A stretch of DNA of 64,000 nucleotides from Albugo candida (Eukaryota): assembly GCA_040437565.1 (NCBI GenBank), contig JBDOQK010000052.1, positions 186,001 to 250,000 of the forward strand, in the 5' to 3' direction. Made by a program: the position numbers and the translations under genes. A model generated the notes under the pieces. The model saw only the letters and a program-made list of their open reading frames with translations, made no database searches and was not told the DNA's origin. Each line of letters starts with the position of its first letter. The stretch's first letter is position 1. Below are positions 10,401 through 24,900 of the stretch, one piece after another.

Positions 10401-11399
10401 TTTTTACGTTTTCGCGGTTTTGTTCACACCGATACGTATTGAAATTTACAAATATACCCACGTCCAACGTTAGCTAATTTGAAATTTGATGGCTGCAGTG
10501 TTGGAGATCGGCTAGCGGAATATTATAAGACGTAACATTTAGTGACGGAGTATAGAGCGTTTCTTAGTACGGTTAAAAATAAACTGGCATTTGAAATAGT
10601 ATCGCACACTCCAGGTCTGACACTTTTTTTAGGAAACACGCTCGTTTATAGCATCCTTTTCAGTATTCGATTCAACAGGTTCCGACACATTGTATACAAA
10701 AATGTAGATAAGTCGCGGTCAAAGATCTGTGATCTTTTCTATTACAACAATCCCTTCGACACCTCAGCCTCTTTGAATTTTCCTTATCTACCAACTATAT
10801 AAATACCACAAATTAGTCGTGATTGTCTTCCGTCCTGCCATCTTGGGTCGATGCGACAACTCTCCCGATAGTACAAACACGGAGAGTAGCTCGTCTACTG
10901 CGCACACCACACATTCAGATTACTGGTACAGATAACTTGGAGGCGGGTTTCGACTTTCGCTGTTCCATTCATCAGTATCCTTTGATCCCCTTCCTATTTA
11001 CAGTCATGAGAAACGAGTTATCTAGCGTGGGTTATTTGTCTTGGTTTGCAATTTTCTGATTGATAGAAATCTTTCTTAGACGATATAATCTTTTTTTGGT
11101 ATCTTTACTGTAACAAAACAGCATCTTGAATCTGCTCAGGTCACTTACCAATTACTTGTCATGAAGTTATGACTTCCCCTCAACATCTTGCCAACACATC
11201 GTCTATCCGAATTTCGTGTACCTTCTTGCTTTTATCAAGACGCTTTTTTGTCATGCATACCTCCCCATATTTGGATTTACATGCTGTTTTTGAAGAATGT
11301 GTAGACTCAGAGCCAGGTTCCCTCCTTTTAGCGATATTTCGTCGAGTGTTATATGAGTCTTGAGAGAACGTATACGAGACACGATGAGTATAAAGCAAG

Positions 11400-12051
11400 C
11401 ACGTAATTATCAGATTTCTGGATGATGGTCAGGAAATGGCACAAGCCAATCAGCTATCAGAAAGAGGGGTCGATCCACTCACTTCGCACCTCAACAATTT
11501 TATAATAAGTGAGCAACTGCCACTCAAGAAAAGGTAATTGAATGAGTGGAAACATCAAGTAGCGGAATGTTGCTGGTACCCCATCGACAGCAAGATGATG
11601 TTATTGAGAATTCCGACGGCTTCAACGACCTGCTCTGATAGGACGTATCTACGAATGGATCCCTCTTGAACCATCTTCAANNNNNNNNNNNNNNNNNNNN
11701 NNNNNNNNNNNNNNNNNNNNNNNNNNNNNNNNNNNNNNNNNNNNNNNNNNNNNNNNNNNNNNNNNNNNNNNNNNNNNNNNCACGTAATTATCAGATTTCT
11801 GGATGATGGTTAGGAAATGGCACAAGCCAATCAGCTATCAGAAAGAGGGGTCGATCCACTTACTTCGCACCTCAACAATTTTATAATAAGTGAGCAACTG
11901 CCACTCAATTAAATGAGTGGAAACATCAAGTAGCGGAATGTTGCTGGTACCCCATCGACAGCAAGATGATGTTATTGAGAATTCTGACGGCTTCAACGAC
12001 CTGCTCTGATAGGACGTATCTACGAATGGATCCCTCTTGAACCATCTTCAA
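11400..12051. repeat. Gap-flanking direct duplicate (11400-11680 vs 11781-12051)
   Basis: The copies differ by four transitions and a 10-bp indel. Confidence 0.93.
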
Positions 12052-12580
12052 AGTTTAACATCGGTAAAGTTATAAATGTCGTAACTTAGTCGAAGGCGGT
12101 GAACAGAATGCTGGTCACCTCTAACTAATTTATAACGTACTTGTGGTCGAATATGGAAATAAGAACGTATCCTATTGATGACATTTGTGCAATTTTCACT
12201 TTCCAGAATTAGTTAAGAAAATCAAAGTTATGATCCCGAATGATCAAGGGATTTCTTTCATTTGAAGCATTGCGATTGTGTGAATTTTCGGTATTGAGCT
12301 CACACTGATCCTTTGCTTCAGTTTTTCTGTTTTCTACCAATGAGGCGTCTACCTTTGCGGCTCCTAGCAAGGCAAGGTAACCCGCATATAACCGAAAAGA
12401 ATGTGCTCGCACGACTTCCTCCTTATTGATATCGAGGTTCTCCAAGAAATTTGAGTTATGATTTGTCGAGTATACAACCACGGCGGTGGTAGTTCGGTTG
12501 TCAGGCAAAAATGTAAACAAATCGATATACTTTGACAGGTTTATTTGTTCTTCGAATCACGCTCGACTTGGTTGGTGTGG

Positions 12581-12603
12581 ATATATATATATATATATAT
12601 ATA
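12581..12603. repeat. (AT)n microsatellite, about 11 units
   Basis: Perfect atatat... tract seen directly. Confidence 0.95.
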
Positions 12604-13131
12604 AGCGACATAATAGTCGCGCGGAAGTCGATCGTCGTTTCTTTTTTCGAGTCCGATCCTTCTTTTGACTTTCACAAAAAAAGAAGTGTTCTAAAAATAG
12701 ATTGTAGCAAGCTTCTCAGCATTCGATTGAAGAGGTTTCAAACTGCTCTGAATACAAGACCCTCCCCCTCCTCCATCCCTCCCCCACCGCACCGCACCGT
12801 CTTTGACAGCGCGTACAAGAAAAAAAGAACATCAAAGGAAGAATTGGTGTCATTTTTGAGCTTTACTCCCTCGCCATTGGTGTGTTGCTGTTGCTTTATT
12901 GTCAATCTTCTTGTACATACATTCCCTTCAGGTACATGATTTATACCCGTTTTGATTAATGAGCGGGTGAGCGTCAACAACCCGTTTTGATATCACCAAA
13001 GTAGCAAATACGAATTCAAATATATATTGCGCATCGATCTTTTTGGGCAGTAATTCTAAAGTTACGTTTGTATCTCACTGTAGATAGATAGCGACGAACG
13101 CACTTTCCAACAACGAAAACGAACTTACAAG

Positions 13132-15671
13132 ATGTATTCTTCCACGCCCGCAACCACTCGTCGTGTCAACAGCGCACCAATGAACGTGGCTCCGCCCCAA
13201 ATTAGAGGCGCTCCATCTTCCTCATCAATTTCTTCCGCAATGGGGAACGCAAATGTTCCCTCTACCCGAATTGGCGATATGCTGGATCAAGTAAAAGCAG
13301 AATACGAAGCTGCCATTCAGCAGCTCAATCTTGCAAAGATTGAGCAGATGGAATTAGAGCGAAAAATCCAATCGCAAATTGTAGAAATGGATCAAATACA
13401 ACAAACCCTCAAAACCCTCGAAACCAATCACCGCAGATTACGTCAACAATACGAAGAAGATATTATGCGAATGCGTCGACAACTGGAAGGTGCATCAGGT
13501 ATACATCTCATATACGCATTGCTGATCAACCAATCAGCATTCATATCTATATATTCTCACTTCTAATTGGCTCATTATATCTGTTTTTGTATATCCCTTT
13601 TCATTGGCTCAAATTCAGTTGTTCCATCTCGGTCCAATGCGCCTCAGCGGTCCAATTCGCCGTCCCGAGCTGTTTCGGTCCAAGCAGCCTCACGCTCTCT
13701 GCAAGTTCTTGGACAGCAAACGCCTCAGAATCAGCAATCTTCCTTGCTTGGAACGCCTCAGACCCAAGGGCCAAACTCTTCGATGGATGGATCCACTGGT
13801 ACGCCCACAGGGAATCGGAGGAGCTCTATACCTCCACTCAATCGGGAAGCCGTAGAAGCACTCCCTAAAGCTGAAACACGCACATCCAGCAATAATTTAC
13901 CGCTTCCAAACTCCACTTCGGATCCTTCTTCGCCGGTTTTGAAAAAAGCAAAAATGGGTGCCAATATTCCGAGTCTTTCGAATGGGAAATCAACTATTTT
14001 GAGCAATTCGACGACATCGAATTCAAATTCGTTGATCACTTCTGTTCCTAAAATCCATCGAGATCATCCGATCACGGAAGAATCAAGTCCACCCGCAAAC
14101 ACAACTAGCTCTACTTCCGTGCAGGATATATCAAATGTCAAGCAAGCAACACCAAAGAATCATACGTCTTCAGCTACGAGTTCTTCGACCTCTTCTGCTT
14201 CCAATACGATTCAAAAAAGTAGTAATTCGAAAGCGAGTAAACTCAATTGGAGCTGTGTGTACTCATCGAAATCCTCCGTTTCGTACCAAGAAAATGAACG
14301 ACCGGCAGCAGAAATGCATCAATCAATGGATCATCAAAGNNNNNNNNNNNNNNNNNNNNNNNNNNNNNNNNNNNNNNNNNNNNNNNNNNNNNNNNNNNNN
14401 NNNNNNNNNNNNNNNNNNNNNNNNNNNNNNNNNNNNNNNAGCTCTACTTCCGTGCAGGATATATCAAATGTCAAGCAAGCAACACCAAAGAATCATACGT
14501 CTTCAGCTACGAGTTCTTCGACCTCTTCTGCTTCCAATACGATTCAAAAAAGTAGTAATTCGAAAGCGAGTAAACTCAATTGGAGCTGTGTGTACTCATC
14601 GAAATCCTCCGTTTCGTACCAAGAAAATGAACGACCGGCAGCAGAAATGCATCAATCAATGGATCATCAAAGTGTGGTCTGCTGTGTACGCTTTTCAACT
14701 GATGGAACTATGATGGCTTCTGGATGTCATAAAACGGCTCAAGTATTTGATGTTAAAACGGGTGATCGCAAATTCTCAGTGTCGCGACCTGGACCGAGTA
14801 ATGGGAATGCAGGAGGGAATACACAGAGCTCTGGTAATGATGCAGAAGATGCGTATGTGCGTGCAGTCTGCTTCTCACCAGATTGTACGAAACTGGTCGC
14901 TGGAATGCCGCACAATACAATTCGCATTTGGGATATCGCAACCAATGAAGAAGGACCTCCATTGACCGGTCACGAATCAGAAATTTACTCTTTGGATTAT
15001 GTGAGCGATTTAATTGTCTCTGGTTCGGGCGATCGGAAAATTAGGCTGTGGGATGCTCGAACGAGTCAATGCACCAAGATATTTGGAAGCGAGAGCGGTG
15101 GTCCGTCCGATGGCGTCACCTCTGTGGCACTCTCACCCGACGGAAGATTGTTAGCGGCAGCTTCTCTTGACAAAGTGGTTCGAATTTGGGACACAGAAAC
15201 ATCTCAATTATTGGATCGATTGGAAGGACATAGTGATTCAGTGTACTCGATAGCGTTCTCTCCGGACGGAAAAAATGTGATTTCAGGTTCGTTAGACAGA
15301 AATATCATGCTGTGGGATGTATGTGCACAAGGACGCACAACAACTCGACCGCGAATGCTGTTTCAAGGGCACAAAGATTTCGTATTATCGGTCGCTTATA
15401 CGCCGGACGGAAGGTTCGTTTTCTCACATTTCGACTGCGAATATGTATTGATCTGATTGGAATATGATTTGCATGTAGATGGCTCATGTCAGGCTCCAAG
15501 GATCGCTCAGTGGTATTTTGGGACCCCAGGTCGTCTCGATCGGTTTTGACATTGACAGGCTATCGCAACTCTGTCATTAGTGTAGCTTCGTCTCCAACTT
15601 CTCCATATTTTGCTACTGGTAGCGGTGACTGCTTTGCAGTGGTATGGAAATATCAATTGCAAAACTTTTAG
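13132..15671 (+). CDS. TUP1: Tup1/Groucho-like WD40 transcriptional corepressor (introns 13499-13618 and 15414-15478; spans a gap)
   Basis: N-terminal Tup_N-like coiled coil ([14 protein letters not shown]...[16 protein letters not shown]...[16 protein letters not shown]) and a Ser/Asn-rich linker. The WD40 propeller has Tup1-type motifs ([61 protein letters not shown]). Both introns keep the frame. Confidence 0.88.
14107..14672. repeat. Gap-flanking direct duplicate (14107-14339 vs 14440-14672) inside TUP1
   Basis: 233-bp copies that look identical by eye on either side of 100 N. Confidence 0.93.
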
Positions 15672-15967
15672 AAAATGAGCAATTCTTTTTTTATGAAATC
15701 CAAAAAGTTGACAAATTTTACTATTGGCAAATACCTGTATATATTTATATTCCGATATTTCAGATACTCGTAGAGTCTTCTTTGTAGCGACAGCATCCTC
15801 TATNNNNNNNNNNNNNNNNNNNNNNNNNNNNNNNNNNNNNNNNNNNNNNNNNNNNNNNNNNNNNNNNNNNNNNNNNNNNNNNNNNNNNNNNNNNNNNNNN
15901 NNNCGTAGAGTCTTATTTGTAGCGACAGCATCCTCTATAATATTATACAATAATTGTACGGTACATC

Positions 15968-18900
15968 TTATGTATCGAGTTGAGTCAATAATGCCGCGCC
16001 GCGCCGAATCCAATGGCTTTGGGAGTGTATGGACGCCATTGGGAGACGTATAAACATGACGAAATTGGTCGAGTGACCAGTTGTTGACAGCGTTCCTCGT
16101 CGTAGAGATGTGCGATACATTGGACATAAATATACATGAGCGGTGCCTTGAGGCTCGACCTCACGCACAGACTCGATGTCCTCACGGCGTCTCGGTATCA
16201 GATGGATAATCGGCATGGGCACATGCAACTCTCGGGGTTTTGATTCCGTGATGACTATCTTTTCAAAATCCCATCCTGCTCCTTCTAAAAACAAGCCCGA
16301 AATGTATGCACCATCATCGGCTTTTTCATGGATCAATGAAGGCGACACAATGGACAAAATGGTCATATCGTATCCGACTTGATCGATAGGAATCTTATAC
16401 TTTCTAGCATAATTCTGAAGAATTCCAGTGATGAACCCTTGTGTGAAAAAGAACCCTGAAATCCAATACACAAACGGCGGCATTTTTTGCACAAACCATT
16501 CCCGTAAGAAATCCATTCTTTGCAAGAAATCATGAACCCAGCTTCCAAGTGGTTTCAGTGACGGGTAGGACATTGCATCCCATCGTTCTGGCACCTGTCC
16601 ATTGATCATAGAGTTCCCCATAGCTTCGAGCTCGGACGATAAAACCACAAATCCTTTGAGAGCGCGTTCGAGCTCATCGAGCGATGTCGAAATCACATTC
16701 AGAAGCTGATTGTATCGACTCAGTTCCTGCAATAACACCGTATTGGTGCTCTCCTCGTATCGTATCGGAAAATCGATGGCGGCTTGCTCCATATCGAAAG
16801 CTTCCGGCAGCCTGGAAGAAATATCGGACACCAGCACTTTTAATTGCTGATCCCAGGATTCCATTGCATCGGTGGCATTCTTGGGCTGCATATTGAGCGC
16901 TGCGTGGAGGAATTCCATCGTTTTAGACACCGCCAGTGAGATATTTGCATTTTCGTGGAGCCCAAAGACTTCAGGACTATCATTGTGTGGTAGAGAGTCG
17001 ATGAACTCTAAATGAGGCGTCATCGATCCTTTCCACGGGGGTACGATGTATACCCCTTGCGAAAACGTAAACGAATTGTCTAAAATCGAAGGGGTATAAA
17101 TATCAGTTAAAAGTGCAAGAAGACACCGTCGGTCTTTATCATCTGTAACTCTTCCTCCATAATTACATTCTCCAGTTAAGTAACAAAGTGCATCAAATGG
17201 AATCGGATCGTTCGTTTTTAAGTCACGCAAGATGTGATAAAGCTGACTACTGGAAATAATGGAATCCGATAAAGAGAATACGTATGGAATATTCCATCCC
17301 AAAGGTCCAAATTTACCTCGTTCTTGAATCATCGCATGGAAAAAACATAATCCGAAAAAGAGTTTCCGAAATTCATGTGCATACGTAAAAGTAGACTCTT
17401 CAAGCCAACTTGGTGAAATGGATGTGAATGTTTTTCTAAGATTTGCTCGAATTCCTTGTGGGGGCTCATTAGTGATCTTGATGCCGCGCTGTAGCAGCGA
17501 AGAAGGAAAGGCAGGTGTTGGCTCACTGGTCAGCCAAAGGCGAAAACTTGGATGTGCTCGATTGGCTGTGATTTCTTCCGATATTCTGTCCAAAGTTGGC
17601 AACCAGCTAGTGGACAAATGACAATTTTGTAGACAGACCCATGTGCCTATGTCGACCGCTTCTAGAATCGCGCTCTCGGCTAGTGGACCTTGCCCTTGAC
17701 CGAGCGAGATTGCAATAAGCTTTTCTGAGAAGCCCACAGCATCAGCTAATTTCACCAGCTCCATCATTGGATCTGCTCCAGGTGTCAACACAATGATCAA
17801 AGGTGTGGAACACGTAGAATCGTCAAAACTGGCTTTGAGATTGAATGGCGGCGGCTCAATGTACTCTTGCCCCATTTCAGAAACGATGAAGGAGGTGACA
17901 GAAGGAAGGACAGCATCAGGACGAAGACATCGGACCAGCAAGAGCCGCTGAAATGCACTCAGTGGGCTTACAATTGGCATTGTAGTAAGGAATTCTAGAG
18001 GCTTGGAGGCGAGTAGAACACTTTCCCAAACTTGAAGTTGATTTGAATTTGAAAAAGACGTAAGAATCGGCACGAACGGCGGAAATGTCTGTAAACCAAT
18101 CAGATTCGTCCATACCGAATCTGTGAGCCAATGATCAGTTTCAGTTGGTTTACTATATTTTTCCTGAACCTGTGTGTTGCCCGTAAAAAAGTACCGAACC
18201 TCGGAAGCGTGTACGCGTTTTTCCGTGCTCATCACCTTCACTGTTAACAAAAACGTGAACAGCACTTTGTCTTTTTCAAACAGTGAGCGACAAACATGTT
18301 GATATAACAATAAAGTAAAGGTGCTATTAAGCGACCATAACCGCTCTTGTAACTTTGTCGCTCTCTCCGTTTTGGAAATGGCGGTCCCAAACAAATGAAT
18401 GTACCATTCTAATGAATACTGGTACATCGGATCCAATACATTCAAGTCACATAAACAAAAAAACAGTTGCGCCGATCGAGTCGCAACAATTTCATATGCG
18501 GCACGCTTTTCTTGAATACGTTCTTGCGTGCTAGCTGCTTCCCGCACTTTGTCCTGGATTGTAACCGCAGTCACTTTGGAAGCTGCGAGCGTTTCAATCA
18601 GACTTTGATCACTCAGAATGTTTCCTTTGGCACTTTCAAGTAACCTCAAAATTTCATCTTCAATTTCTTGCAGCATTTTCTTATGCTTGGCATCTTCCAC
18701 GACCAATTGTTCTCTCTGCTGTTCCAAGACCGGTTCCTCCTTTGCAACAATAATTCCCAGCATCTGATCCTGGAGCCCTTCAGGAGTCGCCATAAAATTC
18801 ACCACATTCACTTTTGCATACACTTCCGCTGTAAATTTCGGGTTTCCAACATTTGTGGTAAGATACAGTCGAAAACTCGGATCGTATTCAACCACACTGT

Positions 18901-21900
18901 CACCAAACTGTATAGAATGAATATCTCCTTTTCTGCTCGTTTGCTTGCGCAGAATCGGATCTAACACCGGATCCAATGGAATCGGTACATTTTCCAATAA
19001 AACAGCCGCACCAATCATAAGTGCGTGTTCCAGTGCACGCAAAAACCCGTTCTGATTTGGTCGTACAACCTTTAAATTTGACGNNNNNNNNNNNNNNNNN
19101 NNNNNNNNNNNNNNNNNNNNNNNNNNNNNNNNNNNNNNNNNNNNNNNNNNNNNNNNNNNNNNNNNNNNNNNNNNNNNNNNNNNCGTTTGCTTGCGCAGAA
19201 TCGGATCTAACACCGGATCCAATGGAATCGGTACATTTTCCAATAAAACAGCCGCACCAATCATAAGTGCGTGTTCCAGTGCACGCAAAAACCCGTTCTG
19301 ATTTGGTCGTACAACCTTTAAATTTGACGGATTCATATTTCGAATCCACGTATTCGCCTGATTCTGAGGATCGATTAGAAGCGGCCAACGAGAACTTTGC
19401 TGAATTAGAATTGCATTATCAATAGAGAACGCGTCATTCGGAAGCTTGGCGATCGTCCACGTTCGAATTTGAACCGGATCACTCAGTGTATCGGCAAAAG
19501 AAAACGAACCAGAGCAAATAAGAGGCTCTCCTTGCGCCTGAATACACGCTATCCATTGCTGTAAGGCCTTGGCTCGAAATACGCTCGTAAATGCGCCCAA
19601 GTACGATATAACACCCGAGCAGAGCAAGATATCGCCAACCATATTCGTGTAGATCGTCTCCAGTCGCAATAACATTTCTTCCCAACGCAATTTCTCTCCC
19701 CCTAGACCATTGATAAGCTGTGTAGCCCTCGATAACTTAACACAACAATCGCCGACTTGCTGTTGCAAATCTAATTTCCGCTCATTGGCTGTCAGTAATT
19801 CGTTCTCTAATCGATTGACTTTATCGAGCACAAGCTGGAGAGCGGTTTGTTTACTTTGCAGTTCTGTTTGTGCTTTTAACAACGTTTCTGTGGCGACTTC
19901 TAATGCCTCTCGTTTAGGTGCGACTACCTTAGCCACTGAGTGATACACGACCATCGCATGAACCCACGCACATAAACCTGACGCCGCAAGACTCGCTTTT
20001 TTAATTTTATCCGCTTGAAAGTCAGAGTTTTTAGTGTACGGCTCCACTTTTTCGATGGCTTCGGGGCGAATATGATCTTTATCATACTCGAGTAAATTCT
20101 GTAGGAAACGCGTATCCCCGAGAAGATGTTTTTGCGCCGGAACCCAGTAATCGTCAATCTTTCGTGTTCCATTGGGGTCCTTGATCTTCACAGGTGCTAC
20201 ATTCATCATAATACAAACCGCCTCCATCACGAGCTTGACGCCATCTGGCGGCTTTTTCATCGCTTTAATTTCAGTGATATCGCCTTTCGTGAGTGTTTGT
20301 AGCGCCTGTAAAGCATTCTCTAACGCCGGAATCGCCTGAGCCAATTCGGCTTCACAGCTCTGTTTAATAGAATTCGCGGTAGCCGCTTGATTATTACATA
20401 ATTGTTCTTCGGCGGCGACATTATTTTTAGTCCAATTGGCTTCTTCCTGTTCGTGCGAAATGGTTTCTAAAAGGGCGTCGGTATCAAAAGTTGCGAGTTT
20501 TAATTGTGGCTGTAAAGCTTCAAGTTCAATTTGCATCTGCTGAACCTGTTGCGCGGTATCCACAAGTTTGGAAAGACCGGTTGCGTAACGTTTAGTGCGT
20601 GTGGCAATGTCGTTGCGTGTGTGGTGCAATAGTCGCTTGAAGGTATGGAGAAGCTCGAGGTACGAGGCCGGCGTGATGAAACACTGACGATTTACTATGT
20701 GATGGTATTCGAATGCGATTTGTGTGACGGAATTTTGTATGTGCATGCAACAATTCGCTAATTGGGTCTGAAGCTCAATGCTGAGGTCGGGAATATCGCT
20801 TAGGAAATGGTTGGCTACAGATAAAAGCGCTTCCTTAGGCCATTTCGTGAACCAGTCGATCGTACAGCAATTGACAAATGATGGAAACATGCGAAGTCGT
20901 CGACGAAACGCATCGCTATCGGGAGATAGAGCGAGGACAATGTGAAGATTCGATCGACAGCGTGAGACGAAGAACGAATACACGTCAAAAGCTCCTTGAG
21001 ATAACGCGACAGAATCCAATGCGTCCTGAATCTGACTGAGCTCTTCGACGGTCCATAGACTCGATACTTCGCCAGTGTTTAAAAGAGCATTCACATCGTC
21101 CAAGAAACATTCCTCCACGATTTGTGAATCGGATAAGAGGAACACTGTCGGAAGATTTTGAACGCCTGCAAGTTGTAACACACGTTTAAGATCTGTTTTC
21201 CACTCGGTCAAGCCGTACGAGCGAGCTATTTCCAGCTGGATGAGATGATACTTTGCCATAAACGCGGCCAAAATCGTAAGTGATCGACGTCCACTGCCTC
21301 CCATTCCAACCACAAGCGCATGGCCGTACGGCTGATGAATCACTCGTGAGATCCGTACAATGTGTTCGATAGCATTTTGAAATAAAACCAAGTCCATTCG
21401 AGTCGATCTTGTCTCATTATACTCTTCCAAAGAAGCTTCCATAGCCCTCTGAAGCATTTGACGATCGTTTAAATTCACGTACGATTTCTCTCCATCGGAA
21501 ATGGTGCTGAAATTCCCGTACAAAAGCGTACGATTCGGACCGAGGATTGCCTTATACTCGAGGTTGAAACACTTGGTCACGGTCGCCTCCAATGTCGTGT
21601 GAAACCACCGTCGATCATCGCCGTTGATCAGCCGATCCGAGAAGACACGCAGACATTCATGACTCCATAAGCGTACGAGATCCTCAGCGTCTTGGATCGT
21701 CTGTGGTGTACCTTGCGAGATGCCTTGGAATACTTTTGATAAATCACGAAGATTGAATGTGTAATGCGAACGAGCTGGCGTTGGTAACAGAGAACTCGCG
21801 ATTTGATGATAGATTTCTAAAGTCGCTTGAACGATTCCTTGGGCTTGAGACACAACAGCGTCGTCGAAAGGAGCGAGCCACCATGCCGTAATTTGCGAGA

Positions 21901-24900
21901 AAATCACACTCAAGCAAGTTCGATCAAATGGAAGAAAATGAACCAAATGGAAATGTCGAGCATACCGCTGAGTGATTCGAGATCGACCTCCGCCTGGAGG
22001 TCCCATAGCCGCAATGAATTGAACGTCGACAAGCTGTGTGAATAACGTGTTCTTGCGGTTGTACCATCCGCTGTGGTCGATCACTTGTCGAAGTAATTCG
22101 ATCGGCGGCTGGGCTCCATACACCTCTTTTGTGGGCATGTTGAGATCGTCGACAAACACGACGCAATGCGATCCGACGCGTGGTCCTAAAACTCCTTTTC
22201 GACGTTTATCGAGCTTGTTTTCAATCAATTCTTGCGTCTGACTCGCGGTCGTTTGGGCTGAGAAATTGATATAAATGCTCGTAAATGCATTTGCTTTTTC
22301 CTGAAGCTTTTGCTGAATCGATACGGATTTGCCTGTGCCGGTTTCTCCAGTGCACAGAATGTGATTATGATGCTCCAGCAACGTGCTGAGAATCCAAGAA
22401 TGTCGTTTTGTGTCGATCGTTGGCACCAGTATCGACGTATAAGGCGTGTCATGCGGGATGACATATGCATCGATTTCGGTTGAGGTTACCCAAGGAACCC
22501 AGCCAGCGGCATCGACATCAAAATGGTAGTCGTATATCGATCCTTCTTGTGGGAGCAGTGACGCTGTCGGGGTCGCTTTCATCTCATACGATGGATGTTT
22601 GTTTAGGAATTTCTCGTGGAGAGTAGAATATGACGAAGATAAGGAGCCCGAGAGAAGCTCACGAAAGTATCGATCGAATCGAACGCGCGAGGGCTCCTCC
22701 AAAACGATTCCAATGGACCAAATAATACTCTGAAGAAAAATATTTTCCAATATGAAAATCACCGCTTTTGCATCAGCGATCAAACATTCAAAAAGTCGTA
22801 ATAACGAAGCACACAGTTCCATGGACGATACAGCGGTAGGCACTGTGCAATGATTTTCAACGAAATACAGCAAAGGAGGCACAAAATGTGTGAAATTCTT
22901 CCGTATGGCCTCGGAAGCCGACTTTAAGGGCGCAGGTAATCGCGTTTCCAGCCAAATTTCAATCAACGAATAAATTCCAACAGCGTTCCTTTCGACGTAA
23001 ATCATACCGACACGGGATACTGTCGCCGGAGAAGCTTGCTCCAGATCGTCAGTCTCAAACATCATCCTCATCCGCTCGGTCATTCGTATGATTTCGCCAC
23101 TCATTAGACAAAGCTTCTTGTTGTCATCCAAAACAGTGTTCATGTTTTCTATCCAGAGAGCGTCTACGGGTCCATCAAACATGACCCAATGATTCATATC
23201 CAACGTCTGATCACGAGCACATTCCCGATAGATCGATGCTAAGACACCATCACTCCATTCGTGGGTATTGGCATCAAAGCTCCCATACAGCTTCCCGATA
23301 CTGATCGATTTCGGGTTTATTGTATGGATGGAAATACGACTTGTGGCTCCATCGGCTAGATGGAAACACGCGTTTATAGCTTGAGCGAGCGTATGGATCA
23401 TACACGTTTTACCAGACATTGTATTCCCGACAATCATGAGACCATGACGAATTTGAACGGTCTGATGAATTTGCATCATTTTCTCTTGGAAGGAAGGGCT
23501 GTAAATCAATGGAATCGGTGGCGCAGGCTCCGGTCGAATAACAACTCCCTTGGAGCACACGGATGCTATCTGTGTCGTCAGCGAGTCATTGTCGACGTTG
23601 TTACACTCCAAATCATGAAACAGATCGGAAATGATACCTCGAAATAAAGCAAGATCTTGCGTTGTGAATTTCGGCACATTCACATCGCAAATTGACCTGA
23701 GAACGATGTTATCTTCTGTCCAGCGAGGATCCTGGCCGAGCTGTTGTCGAAGTACGCCTGCAGCCACGAGGATNNNNNNNNNNNNNNNNNNNNNNNNNNN
23801 NNNNNNNNNNNNNNNNNNNNNNNNNNNNNNNNNNNNNNNNNNNNNNNNNNNNNNNNNNNNNNNNNNNNNNNNNTTGTGAATTTCGGCACATTCACATCGC
23901 AAATTGACCTGAGAACGATGTTATCTTCTGTCCAGCGAGGATCCTGGCCGAGCTGTTGTCGAAGTACGCCTGCAGCCACGAGGATAGAATTGATTGCACG
24001 CATTCCGTAGTCGTAATGACTTTGTCCGGAACACTGCTCCGAGCACAGCTGTAGCACTTGTGTCAATTTCCGCGCATTCTTTCTCGCATTGGAAAATCCA
24101 AACGAGTACAATCGTATCTCAGCAATCAAAGCGTAGTCGGGGATCATCATGGCGCAAGGTCGAAATAAAGCTTTGAGATTATCGGGCAATTCAGCTCGAC
24201 CAGCATACCCGGGATTCATTGTGATAAAGACATTGGCGCTTTTGTTCAAACGGAGTCGTGTGTTCTCAAACAGAAAAGTCTCAGCGTCGAGTCTTTTTGC
24301 AGTGTTTATCGTGAGAATTTGTTGCGCAATGACCGATAAAACTTCGATATTGATACGATTGAATTCATCAAAGCAACACCATGAGCCACAAGCAGCTAAT
24401 CCTTTAAAAAATTTCGCCATTGCGAGGTAATCAAGGCCATCAGAGCAATTGAACACGACACATTGGATAGCGATCGATTTCGATAAGTCTTTGACAGTCT
24501 CTGTCTTACCCGTTCCAGCCGGTCCTTCAGGGGCTCCGCCGTATAATGCGTCAATAGCGCCCATCATTGTTCGATAACATCGATCGGTGAGTGGAGTTAT
24601 GACTAAACGCATGGTGTTTCCAAGGTACTCGTAGCCGTACATGACGCGAGCATTCACGATCCGAGCTTGCAATTGAGCGTCTTGGGGCCCTTGGATCCAG
24701 TAGTACCGAAGCTGAGATACCCATTCAAAATCCTTCTCTTGCTCGACGCCTTTGGAGATCATATGAGCGATGGTGTCACGAGCATGCACATCGATCACAA
24801 TTAAGGCGCCGATAGTCGTTCGATTCAACTTTGTGAGATCACCGCGTACGATCGTAACGATTCGGTCAAGCTGATTATTGAGCGCTGATAGATACGTCTT

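Noticed and set aside
14107..14672. Apparent internal tandem repeat in the Tup1 protein
   Set aside because: Identical copies flank a 100-N gap, so this is an assembly overlap.
23680..23902. Two separate dynein genes or a programmed frameshift
   Set aside because: The frame break is fully explained by the 100-N gap plus a 112-bp duplicate.
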